Positions 14,947 to 34,619 of a stretch of 64,000 bases of DNA are shown piece by piece. The translations under genes and the position numbers were made by a program. The stretch's first letter is position 1; every line of letters begins with the position of its first letter. Location: contig JAWQFM010000018.1 in the NCBI GenBank assembly GCA_033442325.1, positions 992,675 to 1,056,674 on the forward strand. Reading direction: 5' to 3'. Source of the stretch: Salpingoeca rosetta (lineage: Eukaryota; Protista; Choanoflagellata). Below the pieces are notes generated by a model. The model worked only from the letters and a program-made list of their open reading frames with translations. It was not told the origin of the DNA and made no database searches.

Positions 14947-15290
14947 CCATACACAACCACACACACGCACACACACAACCACACACACCCACACACACAG
15001 TCTCTCTCACTCCCTTACCAACACATACACACTCACACCTTGCTCCTCTTGCCCCGCCCTCTCCTCCTCCTGCTCCTCAATTTGGCCCCTGTTGGCCAGA
15101 CTTGCCCGGTTCAGCGCAGGCGGATATGAAGGCAAGTCTGCAGCGTCTCGTGGAGGTGGTGCGGTCGTCCGATATCGATGAGAGCGATACACACATCTTC
15201 CCGGGCCACATGGAGCCAACCACCATGCGCTTTGAGCTGCGCGTCAATCCCTTTCTGCAGATGATGAAGCGGGCTGCCAGGAAACAGTAG
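12801..15290 (+). CDS. Metallo-beta-lactamase-fold hydrolase, GloC/YcbL (glyoxalase II-like) type, with putative mitochondrial presequence; ~8 exons
   Basis: Spliced motifs: VGPLAMNQYLV, AAIVDSG, LLQTHAHPDHVAG (THxHxDH), LHTPGHCPGH, FSGDLLFKGTVGRTDLPG, IFPGH, E..NPFL. First exon 12801-13007 is Arg-rich. Confidence 0.88.
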
Positions 15291-15868
15291 CCTGCCAACA
15301 CATGCAACACATGCAATAGTGTCCAGCCCACAATGGGCACATCTGTGCTTGCGGTGTGTTTGCATCAGTTTGTTCGTTTGATAATCAAGCAAGATGTAGG
15401 CGGTTGTGTTGGCTTGCGAGCGAATACACGAGTTATTCTAGGCGTGTTCTATTGAGTGGGGCGGAAGCTACAAACCAGCACACAAATGGCATGTTGAGAC
15501 AGCAGCGTTGTATTGCGTTGTGTGTGTGTGTGTGCGTGTGGTCGCTGTAGCACGTGGGAGCTAAAGAGTTGTTTAAGGAGGCCGTGACTTCAAAGGCGCA
15601 TTGCAGAGAAGAAAGATCAGGGAAGCGCGACGACGGCACAGCGATAGCAGTCATGCATGACGCACAGCGGACACGCAGGTACAAGTTGGGTGTTAATCAC
15701 TTCAAGCAAAAACGAAGGGTACGGAAGACAAGAGAAGTTGCAGGAGCTAGCACCCAGAGTGTGGAAACACTCACGCATTCACGTTGTTGCCGTCGGCCAA
15801 GAACGATGAACACCAGACACATTGCAAGTCCCACTTGTCCACTTGGGTAACACGCACGTTTTCTCCTC

Positions 15869-16051
15869 TCAGTCGGACTTCTTCAGGTTCATCTTGGGCT
15901 TATCTGGGGTGGTGAAGACCTTGAAGAGCCAGAAGCCGAGGACGAGCACGTGAGCCGCGATCAGCAAAAACGCCACACTGCCCACGGAGCTGTGGTTCAC
16001 CATCGCCAACCAGCCATCTCCTCCACCTCCTGTGTCAGTCGTTGTTGTCAT
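15869..16051 (-). CDS. 60-aa single-TM micro-protein with C-terminal di-lysine motif (KKSD)
   Basis: MTTTTDTGGGGDGWLAMVNHSSVGSVAFLLIAAHVLVLGFWLFKVFTTPDKPKMNLKKSD. Non-repetitive, with coding-like codons, and divergent from NUBPL. Confidence 0.55.
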   Translation of the reverse strand: MTTTTDTGGGGDGWLAMVNHSSVGSVAFLLIAAHVLVLGFWLFKVFTTPDKPKMNLKKSD

Positions 16052-16109
16052 CGTCAAGTTACGGAAAATTAGCAACATCACCCACGAATATGCAGCGAGG
16101 TGGCGGACG

Positions 16110-19575
<3,466 letters not shown>

Positions 19576-19858
19576 GGTGGTGCTATGGTGATGTTGAGTC
19601 GACTTTCGCTGTGAATGAGTGTGTGTGTGTTGTGATATCGTGCAGCAAGGCACCGATGATGAGAACTTCTGTTATTGTCGAGAAACACGCATACACATCA
19701 CCAATAAGCAAGCATGCTTGTCAGCAGCGTACCAACAACGCACTGACAACAAACGAGGGCGCGAGGATGACAACACAAGACGACAACCAACAAGGAGGGC
19801 ACAGGCATGCGATGACATGATGATGAAGAAGCGAAAGAGGAGAAAGAAGAAGAAGAAG

Positions 19859-19902
<44 letters not shown>

Positions 19903-20218
19903 ACGCCACCACCAAGAGACACTTCACCTCAGCCTGATATGCAGGAGAGGTTCACAGTGGCGGTAAAAATAACGCAGGAGAAAAGGGAAGAGGAATGCAC
20001 GCGCGTGCCACAGACTGGAGAGGGTGAAGATGAATCTGCTGCTGCACTCATCACATCACGACGCCACGGCTCACGGCTGCGTCGAGGAACCCACAGCCAC
20101 AACAGCCAACCTCACATCACACTATTCACCACCACCTGCCACCACAATCAACAGTCACACCACATGTACCCACCATCACACAGACACTATCCAACAGTCA
20201 CAATAATCTCCGTTGCCA

Positions 20219-22464
<2,246 letters not shown>

Positions 22465-22703
22465 GCTGAAGAGGGGCGGGACGAGGGCGTTGAGGTGAGG
22501 GAAGTGTGTGAGGCAAGGAGGGAGGACAAGCCAGCAATGGGGACGCACGCTGTGGCGGGGGGTGTGGGAAAGTCTTTCTTGCTTGTTGTTGTTGGGAGGA
22601 CACGCAAGCCAAGCGCTTGAGAAAGGCAAAATTGTCTTTGGAAGGAGTGTAATGCAAAGGCAAATTTGCCTTCACAGAGGCGACGAAGACAACACAGAAG
22701 AAG

Positions 22704-22905
22704 ATGAAGGGGAAGAACGGCAGTGCTGCTGGTGCTGATGATGTGAGTGATGGCAGCAGGCAAGAGGGAGGAGGAGGAGGGTTTGGTGTGGATGGAGCAG
22801 GACTCGGCGTGATTAGTTTCTACGTATCTCGGCACCCAACGGATGCGTGTGGGTCAAACGGGCTTCCCTTGACGCCAAACACCGTCCGTGTCTGCGGCAG
22901 GGCTC

Positions 22906-22965
<60 letters not shown>

Positions 22966-23793
22966 GTGTATGCGCCGTGTGTGCCGTGTGTCTGTCTGTG
23001 TCTGTCTGTGTCTGTCTGTCTGTGTGCGCCATGTGTGCCGTGTCTGTGTTGGCATGTGTGTAGTTTACTTTTTGTGCCTGGACAACCGTGTGTTTATGTC
23101 TCTGCTGGTATGTGTGTAGTTACTGCCCTTGATAACCGTGTGCTTGCATGCACATATGCCTCATTTGAACACGTGCTGGATCCCACACGCATGTTGACGC
23201 CACACCGACGTCTGCCTCGTTTGGCAGTCGGTCCTCAGGCTGTCCCATCCAAACGTCGCCGAGTACGTGGCTGCGGAAGTTGGCGCTGGCGGTGCGTATC
23301 ATTTGGAGCTGCAAACTTGCATGCTGCGTGTGCGTTCTCGGTGTCCTCTGTGTCTGTGTGTCTGTGTCTGTGTGTGTGTGTGTCTGTCTGTCTGTCTGTG
23401 CGTGCGTGTGTGTGTCTATGTTTGTGTGCGCGTTCTCTGTATGTGCGTCCTCTGTATGTGTGTCCTCTGTATGTGTGTCCTCTGTACGTGTGTTTGTGTT
23501 TGTGTGGTGTGGTTGCCCATGCAACACAGTTGCACCACACATTGCCACTTGGCAATCTGTGCTACTGTTGAACGCACTGATGGCGTCGAAATGGCTTGGT
23601 TTGTACCACCAGAACGGTTGTTCCTCGTCTCGGAGCACTACAAACGCCATGTTGGCCATATGATCCGCGAAGGCAGCGCCAAAAGGTGAGCCTAGATTAC
23701 TTCATCCCATCTCATCTTCATTTATGCACCGCCCATGGCACTCGCGACAAGGTCATGTGCAACAGCAACAACAACACCAGCAGCAGCAGCAGC

Positions 23794-23870
<77 letters not shown>

Positions 23871-24161
23871 CGAAGAAGCCCTCTCCAATCACCATTACGT
23901 TACTACTCGCACTATCCCCACTGCGCACTCAAAGCACGCTGCCCTCCCCAATGCGTTGCTCGGTGAGCAGCTTTGACCAGGTCAAGGACATCCTACATGG
24001 CACGCTAAAGGGGCTGGCGTATCTGCATGCCTGCGGCATCGTGTCGCGCAACATCAAACCCGAGAGCATCTGCCTCACCTCCGCGCTCCAGCCCAAAGTT
24101 GCCCAGTACGCCCTCTTCCACATCACAGACTGCGGCGCAGCCGTCGACTTTCCCATCGGGT

Positions 24162-24227
<66 letters not shown>

Positions 24228-27200
24228 CTGTGTGTGTGTGTGTACCTGTGTCTGTCTGTCTGTCTGTCTCCTTGTGAATTGTGAATTGTGATTCCCCGCC
24301 TTCTGACGTCCCTTCGAACGTGCTGTTGCATCGTTGCTCTCGTCATTGTCTCACGGTCAGCTGCGCACATGCACATAAAACAATACCACGCACAAACAAC
24401 ACATCTCCAGCTCGCCAGCGTACTTTGCACCAAGCGTGGTTGCCCGCGGTCCCCAGCAACGGCACGTGGCAAACCCGAAGGACGACGTCTGGGCAGTCGG
24501 CATCATTGCGCTCGAGCTCCTCACCGTAAGCGCACATGAACACACGCACGCACACACACACACACACACATGTGCACACACACATGTATACACACACTCT
24601 CTCTCTGTCTCAACTATTGCTGACGCTGCTCTTGCTATTGCTCTTCGCCACCATCACTACCATCACCACCATCACCATCATCACTGTCACTGCAGGGCCA
24701 GCGGGTGTGGAGCGACTGCCACGTTGTGCATCGCAGCCGCGCAGCCACTGGCGCCCACACCACCACCATGTCGGCTGATGCCCGTGGCAACCGTGCTGGC
24801 GACAGCGGCGGTGGTAAGGAGGAGAGGCGTGGTAGTGTTCGTGGTGGTGCAATGGCTGTGTCACGCGTCCGTGTGGACGTCAGCGCCGTCTGCAAGCGGC
24901 TGTACAAGCTGGCAACTAGGCCCGCCACCTGCGGATACAAGGTGCCTTGTGTGAAATTGCGTCTGTGTGTGTGTCTGTGTGTGTGTGTACGTGTGCATGT
25001 GTGTGTGCGTGTGTGTACGTGTACATGTGTGTGCGTGCGTGTGTGTGTACGTGTGCATGTGTGTCTTTACGTGGCAGCGCCAACCTGCGTTAGGTTTCAT
25101 TTTTCGCCGCGCATCCCACGTCCGCCCCCTTCCACTTCTCCTTCGTCTCACCGCCATCATCATCAACATCACCGCCACCATCGCCATCACCATCTTGACC
25201 TCTGCGCAGGGTCCCACTGCCAGCCGCTCTGATGCAATTTCATATCTCCGGACATTTGTTCCGCACACTTCTGCCGCCACTTTCGAATCCATTCCCGATG
25301 ATGTCATTGCGTTTGTGCACGCATGTCTTGCCCCAACTGCCAAGCTCAGGCCAACAGCAGGTGTCGTGCGCGCGCATGTGTGTTTGTAGATCTGTGTCTG
25401 TTTCTGTGACTATATGTCTGTGTCTGTGTCTGTGCCTGTGCTGTGTGTGTAGATCTGTCTATCTGTCTGCCTGTCTGTCTGTGCCTGTGCTGTGTGTGTA
25501 GACCTGTCTGTCTGTCTGTCTGTCCGTCTGTCTGTCTGTCTGTCTGTCTATCTGTCTGTGCCTGTGCTGTGTGTGCTGATCTGTCTGTGTGATATCCTTG
25601 GTTATTTGTTTGTACAATACCGTCACACTGTTGCTTATGTGTTCACCACCACCACTGCCGCCGCCGCCACCACCACCACCACCACTATCAGGCGAGCTTG
25701 CGCGGCTGCCTGTGTTCCACAGCGCGGGTGCCGTGTGGACACCGCAGCCAACGCCGGCCCTCCGCTCCTCCCGTCCCCCCGCCACCATAGTCGCACTTCG
25801 CCAGCTCGCACAGCCGCACCGCTCAACCCACCGTACGCGCCCTCGCATTGCCTCCCTCTGTCTGGTCTGTCTGGTCGGTCTGTCTGTCTGTCTGTCTGTC
25901 TTCGATTGTGTCTGTTGCTGGCGTTCGTGTTTACTTTCTCGCTTGCATGCCCCGACCCAAAGCGTCCTTGCACTCACCCTCCGGTCTCACTTTCATTGTC
26001 CTCCTCTCCCCTCCCCTCCTCTCGTCGTCGTTGTGGTGCCAGTGGAGGGACCCGCGCAGCGAATTGTCGACGAATTTGCACAGCGCGAACACAACCCGCT
26101 CCGTGGCATGTACGTGGTGGCGTGATGGCACGTGCAGATGAGGAAGGCTCGAGGAGTGAGATACTTGGTGGGCAGTGAACAACACACACACAAACACACA
26201 CACACACATACACATACATACACACACACACGAGAGGTATTGAGAAGAGAGACAGAGAGACTGTGAGAGAGAGTGAGAGACTTGGGGTGACGCCTTGGTG
26301 TATGTGATGTGAATGTGATGCATATTCTCGTGCGATTATGCTCTTTGCAAAGCGGTTATGGAATGGTTGCATGCTCCATGCGCACTGTGTTTGCACACTC
26401 ACCTGTCAACAGTTCTGTGTACGGAATCAACCAGCCAACGTCCCGTTCTGCAGCCACCCAAGCAACCCACACCACACCCTCACACTCCACCCACCGCACC
26501 CCCATCCCCTTGTTAGGCCATTGAAGGACGTGTACTACCTGTGGACGCTGACGGGCGTGAGTCTTGAGCGGCTGCTGAGCACACACGGTGGCGAGCAGGT
26601 CCACCCCTCCATCCACCGCCTCCCACGGTATGGTGCGCTGTATTGCATGGTGGTGCTGGGCGGAGGGAAGGAAGTTGCGGGTGGGTTGGCTCGCTGGTTG
26701 GTCCATTCAAAGGACGTCGAGACGCAAAGAGAGGCCTGTCATGTGCACACTTATACACGCTTGTCCTCACATACGCACACGCACACACATACACACACAT
26801 TATTGATTGGGTGCAGGCTTGTGCGGCTTGGCCTGCCTGAAATTGGGGCAAAGAAGGACCCTTCGTTTGACTTTGATGACACTCCAAGAACCATCGATCT
26901 CTCAAAGGTGTACTGTTTCATGTGATCCTCTGTGTGTGTGTGTGTAATGTTTCTTCGAGTTCACCATCGTAATCCATAATCTCATCACCCATCGTTGCGC
27001 TTGTATGCATGTGTGCATGTCTGCATGTGTTTAGATTTCGGCGCGGTTGCTGGAGGAGGGCGTAGATCCGTTTCCGCTCATCCTCACCGCGAACGAAGGC
27101 ATTGCGCAATCGTAAGTACTCAACATGATGATAGTGGTAGTGGCGGCGGGCTGTTACTTGTTATGTTGTGGTTTGTGATTGGTGGTTTCCCCCCCCCCAT

Positions 27201-27722
27201 GCATTCGCACACAGACATGCACATATTTACACATGCTCACACACGCACATGCACACACACGCACACACCATTCACATTCACGTTCACACCAGGGCCGCGT
27301 TTAGGAGTGAGATGACAAAGCAGCCGCTGGCGGTGCGGGAGCGAAACCTCCTGTATCAGGTGTGAAATGTGTCGGTCATTCACTGCGCTTTAAACACAGG
27401 GTGGTGTATGTGCTCGGTGGCTCTGCAGTGGCAGCCCGCGTGCTTGTTCGCTCGACTGCGTGCCAACAGACATGCGGTGTTTATGTCTGGAGCTTGATAA
27501 CCCTAACACCTCCACCACCCTCGCCACCGTTGATCTTGCCACCTCCACCTCCATCACCATCACCATCACCACCATCGCCAGTATGAGCGGCTTGTGAAGA
27601 TGAGTCGGCTGCTCAGCGGCCACCCGTACACACACACGGCGCTGTCGGAGGAGGCCGCTGTCGACATCCCACCCCACGTATGCACTGCTCACACACGCGC
27701 ACAGCGCACGAGAGAGTGTTTG

Positions 27723-27753
<31 letters not shown>

Positions 27754-28881
27754 GTCTGTGTCTGTGTCTCTGTGTGTGTGTGTGTGTGTCTGTGTCTCTG
27801 TGTGTGTGTGTGTGTGTCTGTTTGTCTGCCACACCACCATCCACGACGCTTCCTTTCGCGGTGCTCATTCACACACACACACACGCCTGTGGCTTTTTTT
27901 TTTTTCGTTGCCTGCAGGCACGTGCGCGGGTGTGGGCAGCGCTGCTGCGTGTTGGCCCACAGCGCATTGAGGAGTATGAACAGATTGACAAGGAATCGAC
28001 GACAGACACAGACCACCAGCTGGATGTCGACATTCCAAGGTGGTGGTGGTGGTGGTGGTGGTGCTCGCATGGACATGGAGATGCGCAGTTTTGTGTGTGT
28101 GTGTGGGGGGGGGTTGTGTGTGTGTGTGTGTGTGTGTGTGTGTCTGTGCGTTCTATCTGTGTCTGTGTGTTCTGCCTGCCTGCCTGTCTGTCTGTACGCG
28201 CACTTGTACTCGGCTCGTGCTTGTAGCTCTGCTCTCACGTTTGTGTTTCCCACGTACGTGATCATCTGACGTGTCCCCTCCCACGAATGAATGCAGATGC
28301 CACCAATATGACCTCCTCCTCTCTTCGCCGGCAGGTACACACTCGCAGCGACGCCATGCAGGGACACTGTGACAGCGACAACGACATGCGTGCACGTGAT
28401 CACACACACACACACACACACACACACTCTCTCTCTCTCTGTTTTCATATGCACACTCGCACACATACGCTCACTCTGACAAATGGTGTGCACACCCTCA
28501 CACGCGCCTGAATGCACCTTTCACTTTACAACCTGACACTCACGCTCACTCTCGACTTCACCACTGCCACCTACCACCTGGTTGCATCGCCTCTCTGCTG
28601 CTGTCAGGCCACGCTGCCCTGAAACGCGTGTTGAAGGCGTGGATTAACACACACCCGCACCTCGTCTATTGGCAAGGTTGTCCTATTGATGATCATGATG
28701 GTGATCATGATGGTGATCATGATGGTGACCGTGGTGGTGGTAATGGGTGGTGCTGTTGGGTGGTGATGATGAGTGGTATTCTTGGTGCGAGTGGCAGCAG
28801 CCGTGGTGACCCCTTGCGTGAATGCAAACATTTCCTTTACGCGTTGCATCTCACGTCTTTCAACTCCATGCGCAATGTTGT

Positions 28882-28946
<65 letters not shown>

Positions 28947-29379
28947 GGTGTGTGGATGGTGCTGTTTTCACAGGGCTGGATTCACTCTCTGCTCCGTTTG
29001 TGCGACTCAACCTCACGAACGAAGGTGTGGTGCTTGCTTGCCTTTGCTGCTGTCGAGTTGAGAACGTGCCAGCACACGCTATTCCTTTACCACCGCCTGT
29101 GTTTCTCCACCCGTCATCTCCTGTTTGTTCTCAATCCTCCTCATGTGTGTTACTACTCAAGCGCTCTCACCACCATTTCCTTCATCACCACGGATATCGT
29201 ACCACTGCTACCACTCTTACCCGTCACCATCACCATCGCCACCACCACCATCACCATAATAATACCACCACCACCATCAGCTGTTGCGTACGGCTGCCTG
29301 GCCCAATTTGTGGAGCTGTACATGCCAGGTCTCTTTGAGAAGAACAACACAACGGTACGCGAGCACTCAATGCGCGCGC

Positions 29380-29457
<78 letters not shown>

Positions 29458-30549
29458 TGTGGTGTGGTGTGAGAGACAGAAGCATGCTCGCAGAGACAGG
29501 GAATGGTGTATACACACAGCACACACGCATACACAAACAAACAAATGCTTGCACACTCACACTCTTCCATGCACGCCTATTCTTCCTCCTCATCCGCACG
29601 CTCCATTCCAAACTCAACCCTCCCCCCCCCCATCTGTTCACCAGGTACTGAATGAGGTGATGGCTGTCTTCTGGCAGCTGCTTGCATACCACGACCCAGA
29701 CCTGTGGACGCATCTCGAGGACATGTGTTTCAAACCGGACCTCTTTGCCATCCCATGGTGCGTTGCTTGGTTGGATGATGGGGTGGGTTGGCTGGTTGGT
29801 TTGGTGAACTCAGCTGGCTGGCTGGTTGGTTGGTTGGTTGGTTGGTTGCAGGGACTTGTTTGTTTGTATCAGTGTGATTGCGTTCTTGCCACGAGCCTGT
29901 ATTCCTTGCGTCTTCTTTTAGTCCATTTTATTTTTCGTGCAATTCACCCCCGCCCGCCCCCACTACCTCCACTCGTTCGCTGCTGTATTACATCATGTCA
30001 GGTTTCTCACGTGCTACGCGCACGTGTTTTCGCTCGACAAAATCTTTATTCTTTGGGACACACTACTCCTCTCGCCATCAGCCATGATTCTCTGTATTGG
30101 TCAGTTTTGAACATCGCAAAGTGGCTGGTAATGTGCACATATGTGTGTGCATGAGCCTGTGTGTGTGTGTGTGTGTGTGTGTGTACCTGTGCTTGAATTT
30201 GCCTTCTTTGTTAAAATAATGGCTATCACCGTTGCACTGATGTCTCGATTGCATCACGACAGGTGTTGCAATTATGAAGCAGCTGCGCGCACAACTGTTA
30301 TCCTTCGATTTTAGCGAGTGCATTCTTCACTTTGGCGACTCCCCTGATGTGGTGCGCTCACTTACCCCTTGCTTGTTGTTTTGTTCATGCGTTTGTTTGT
30401 TTGTTGATTTGTCTCTGTGTGGCTCTGCCTGCCTGCCTAGCTGCAGACGTGCATCATCTGTTGTACGTTCGAGGGTGAACCAGACACTGTAGGATCACCA
30501 CATCCACGACCCCCCTCAACACTCACACGACGAACGCACGCACGCACAC

Positions 30550-30606
<57 letters not shown>

Positions 30607-31143
30607 TGTTGTCAGGACATTGACACGACGATACAGACGGCCAAAGACATCCTTGACGCCACACCCTCCAGCCTGCTCGCTCGATCCGCTGTGCACCCGG
30701 ACCACCGCACATGGGTACGCCCGCTACCATGCTCGTGGTCGTGGTCGTCGAAGGAATTGCTCATTCGCAACCGATAATGGGTGATTTGTCAATATGTCTC
30801 CTGCTCCCTCCCCCACCACTCGTTGGACTTATGTCTTCATCACAACTCACCACCGCCACCACTTCCACTCACAATTATCGCCGCCGCCGCCGACGCAGGA
30901 TGAAAAGCATGTAGTGCCGCCCCTTGATGAGTTGCGCAACAACAGTTCCCCAACCCTCTCCGTCCACGAACTTGAAGAGTTTCTACCAGACCCGCGCGGA
31001 CAGGTGGGCCGGCAGTGCACGTGGATGTGATTGATTGGTGAAAGGAGGGGAGGACGTGGGAAGAACTCTGGTGTGGTTGGTCTGGGAGGGGGTGAGGTGA
31101 CGTGTGGGTGTGGCGGTGACAGTGCACGTCTGCCAACACACAC

Positions 31144-31187
<44 letters not shown>

Positions 31188-31573
31188 ACATACACACACA
31201 CACACTCACACTCACTCACTCACTCACACTCACTCACTCACTCACACTCACTCACTCACTCACTCACGCACACATCGCGCCAATGACACGCGTGTTTGTA
31301 CAACCACCATACACATTCACACACTCCACCGCCCACTTTTGGTCTTCCAATTCACATCACTGCTACAACTGCTTCCACATCGTGACCCCTCTCCACCTCT
31401 CCACCGTCTTCATCTCTCCGCCCTCTCCACCTCTGCTTTGTCTTCTGCAGCCAATTCCGCCAGAGAGCGCACGCGTCGTTGTCATTGACACGTGTCCACA
31501 AAAGTCGTTCTCCTATGGCCATTGCAACGGGCTCTGCATCAACTTTCCAGTCCAACTCGGTGCGCGTGCTTTT

Positions 31574-31615
<42 letters not shown>

Positions 31616-31627
31616 GTGTCTGTGTCT

Positions 31628-31668
<41 letters not shown>

Positions 31669-32419
31669 TGCGTACGTGACAAATGACAGATCGCACAGCT
31701 CGCCCAAACCCCCACAGCTGTCTTAACACGAACACCATGACCAACTAACTACCCATACCTCCCCTCGATTTCTCTCTTCCCCCCCCGCCCCACCCCATTG
31801 TTCAATCACCTGCAGCCCTTGAGGATGAGTGCCTGCATGCAGCGTTTGAGGACGAGCTGTGGGAGCGCACAAACGGGCGTCCAATCGTCATTGTGGGCTC
31901 TCCACGGAACCAGGATGCGCCAAGGGTTAGTGGTGCTGGTGGTGGTGTTGGTGGTGATGATGATAGTTGTGATAGCTGTGATGATGATAGTTGTGATAGC
32001 TGTGGTGGTGGTGGTCATAGCTGGTGGCTGTTGGATGGGAGATGAGGCGCGATGGGTAGGATGGCGGTGGCGGTAGCGGGCGGTTTCAAGACAATTGGTG
32101 TTTTGCACTGAAGCGCTCATTACGCAGGAAAGTGGGTTGTTTTGCTTAATCCCCTCACCTCACCTCACCTCCCCTCACCTCCCTTCCCTCTCCATGTCAT
32201 TGCACCGCCTACCCCGTGTCTTGCACACGATTCGTGCCTGCATGCACGCGCAGCTTGCACGTGCGTTGGTGAAGTGCGGGTTTCCGCGCGTGTGTCTTCT
32301 TGCTGGCGGTCTTGATTCGCTGCGCCGTCGCGGGCTCCTTGAAAACAAAGACCCAGACCCCGTCCTCGCCGCTGGTAGGGATGTGTGTGTGTGTCTGTCT
32401 GTCTGTCTGTGTGTCCGTG

Positions 32420-32470
<51 letters not shown>

Positions 32471-32695
32471 GTGCCTGTGTGTGTCTGTGTGTCTGCGTGC
32501 CTGTGTGTGTCTGTGTGTCTGTCTGTCTGTGCTTGTCTGTCTGTCTGTGCATGCATACGCGTGTCACGTCCTCACACCGAGTCCCCTCCCCCCGACCACC
32601 TCGTCACATGTGGTGCAGTGCTCCAGCGCATTGAGCGGGATGCAGCGGCAGCGGCAGCCAGACGCAAACACACGCGAGCACCACCACCTGCATAG
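22704..32695 (+). CDS. TBCK: TBC1 domain-containing kinase (pseudokinase-TBC-rhodanese); more than 20 exons
   Basis: [112 protein letters not shown], and a C-terminal rhodanese-like [10 protein letters not shown]. Confidence 0.93.
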
Positions 32696-32732
<37 letters not shown>

Positions 32733-32947
32733 GACTGTCTGTCTGTCTGTCAAAGGCTATGTGTCTTGTCGCTCGTCTGTCTCCCTGCTTGAACACAATG
32801 GTAGGATTTGCCTGCTTGCGATTGTATGGTTTGGTTAACAAGGAAGAAAGAGAGGAACACAGGTGTCAGACCTTCAGCATGCATGATCCGACACACACAT
32901 GCGCACACACATGCACGCACTCATTGCCTCACAAGCACCACGTGCGT

Positions 32948-34159
32948 TCACTTGTCGTCCTGCTGTTGCTCTGGGTTCTGGAGCTGATCAATCTTTGCAA
33001 TGAGCTCGCGTGCGTCTGGGATCTCATGTGCCGCCCGCTCGTAGAGGGCACGCGCCGCTGCGAGGTCCTGCTCGCACCCGCGGCCTTGCATGTACATGTT
33101 GGCGAGGTTGAAGCAGGAGTGGGCAAAGCCCTGGCCCGCCGCCTTCTCAAAGCACTTTCGCGCCTGCTCAAACGACTGCTGCACCCCCTTCCCCAGGAAG
33201 TAGTGCGTGCCCAGGTTGTGGTGCGCAAGTGGGATGTCTGCCTCTGCCGCGGCCTCCTTGTTGAGCTGGAAGGCCTTGTCAAAGTTCTGCTCTGTTCCGT
33301 GCCCGCTGTTGTACATGGTGGCGATGCCCACCTTTGCCCACGGGTCGCCCTTGTCCACCGCGTCCTGGTAGTAGTGGAAGGAGAGGTCGTTGTCTTGCGG
33401 CACGCCATGCCCAACGCGGTACATCTCAGCGAGGGTGGTGGATGCCTGGGCGAGGCCACGATCGACAGCCAACTTGAGCAGCTGCGCCGCCTTTGGCGGG
33501 TCCTTCTTGATGCCGTTGCCCGTGAGGAACATGTTGGCCAGCTGGTACATGGACAGGGCATGGCCCTGCTTGGATGCTTCGCCGAAGAACTTGATGGCTG
33601 CCTCCGGATCACGCTCCATGCCCTGACCTTCCAGCGTCAGCACGCCAAGCGAGTACTGAGCGCTGACAGCCAGTGCCGGGGTGTCTGTGCAGCGCTTCGC
33701 CACGTGCATGAGCACGGCTGCGCTTGCGGGGCGCACGGTTGACAGCCGGCCATCCAGGCCCAGGATGTCGTGTGCCAAGCCCAGCTTCATCTCGCAGTTG
33801 AGCCCGCTCGCCTGGAGCGCCTTGTCCACTGAGCCCCATGTTGTCTCATCGCCCACACGGAACGAAGCGTCCACGCCGCGCAGAGCAGACAGCACATCTT
33901 GCACGTTCTTGCACCCGCGTGCCACCGCTGTCGTCTGCAGCTGCGTCCACGCCATAGGGTCGCCGGCCTGCGGATCCTGCTCCTGCTGGGTTGATAAAGC
34001 TCTCCGCTGGCCCCAAAGGACTTGTTGCTGTTGCTGGTGGTGCAGCCGGACCGCTGCAGGTGCTGTGCTCCTGCTGCTGGTGCTGCTGGTGCACAGTGCC
34101 AGGCACCTTGCCCGCACTGCGCTGCTCATCAGCCCTCGTGCTCGCGCCATCGCCGCCAT
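32948..34159 (-). CDS. Sel1-like repeat protein with putative mitochondrial presequence, intronless
   Basis: About six SLR units, e.g. AQYSLGVLTLEGQGMERD, SMYQLANMFLTGNGIKKD, AHHNLGTHYFLGKGVQQS, SCFNLANMYMQGRGCEQD. The N-terminus from ATG 34159 is Arg/Ala/Ser-rich. Confidence 0.87.
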   Translation of the reverse strand: MAAMARARGLMSSAVRARCLALCTSSTSSRSTAPAAVRLHHQQQQQVLWGQRRALSTQQEQDPQAGDPMAWTQLQTTAVARGCKNVQDVLSALRGVDASFRVGDETTWGSVDKALQASGLNCEMKLGLAHDILGLDGRLSTVRPASAAVLMHVAKRCTDTPALAVSAQYSLGVLTLEGQGMERDPEAAIKFFGEASKQGHALSMYQLANMFLTGNGIKKDPPKAAQLLKLAVDRGLAQASTTLAEMYRVGHGVPQDNDLSFHYYQDAVDKGDPWAKVGIATMYNSGHGTEQNFDKAFQLNKEAAAEADIPLAHHNLGTHYFLGKGVQQSFEQARKCFEKAAGQGFAHSCFNLANMYMQGRGCEQDLAAARALYERAAHEIPDARELIAKIDQLQNPEQQQDDK

Positions 34160-34308
34160 GATGGTAGCACTTGCGGTTTCGCTATACGACACCATTAAAT
34201 GTAGTTGCATGTCGACCGCTCCCACGACAACGCCAACCAACCGACTACATCCACGACAACAAGCAAGAAACACGAGCAGCGACACACGGACGGATTTGTT
34301 GGGAGACA

Positions 34309-34567
34309 ATGGGAGCCGATGGTGGCACGATCCCTACAAGGGATGAGCTGGTCAAGGTCAAGAAGAAGGACGTCAAGGTATGGAAGCCATATGTGCACGT
34401 GTGTGTCTGCGTATGTGTGTGTCTGTGTATGTGTGTGTCTGCGTGTGTGTTGCGGCATGGTTGCCTCAAGCTCAAAGCACACACAACAGCAACGACGACA
34501 ACAAAACCGTCAACTCCCACATGTCAACCATGACAACAACTGCAACTTCAACCACAACTCACACTCA

Positions 34568-34619
<52 letters not shown>

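Noticed and set aside
32759-33742. 327-aa plus-strand ORF
   Set aside because: Antisense shadow of the Sel1-repeat gene.
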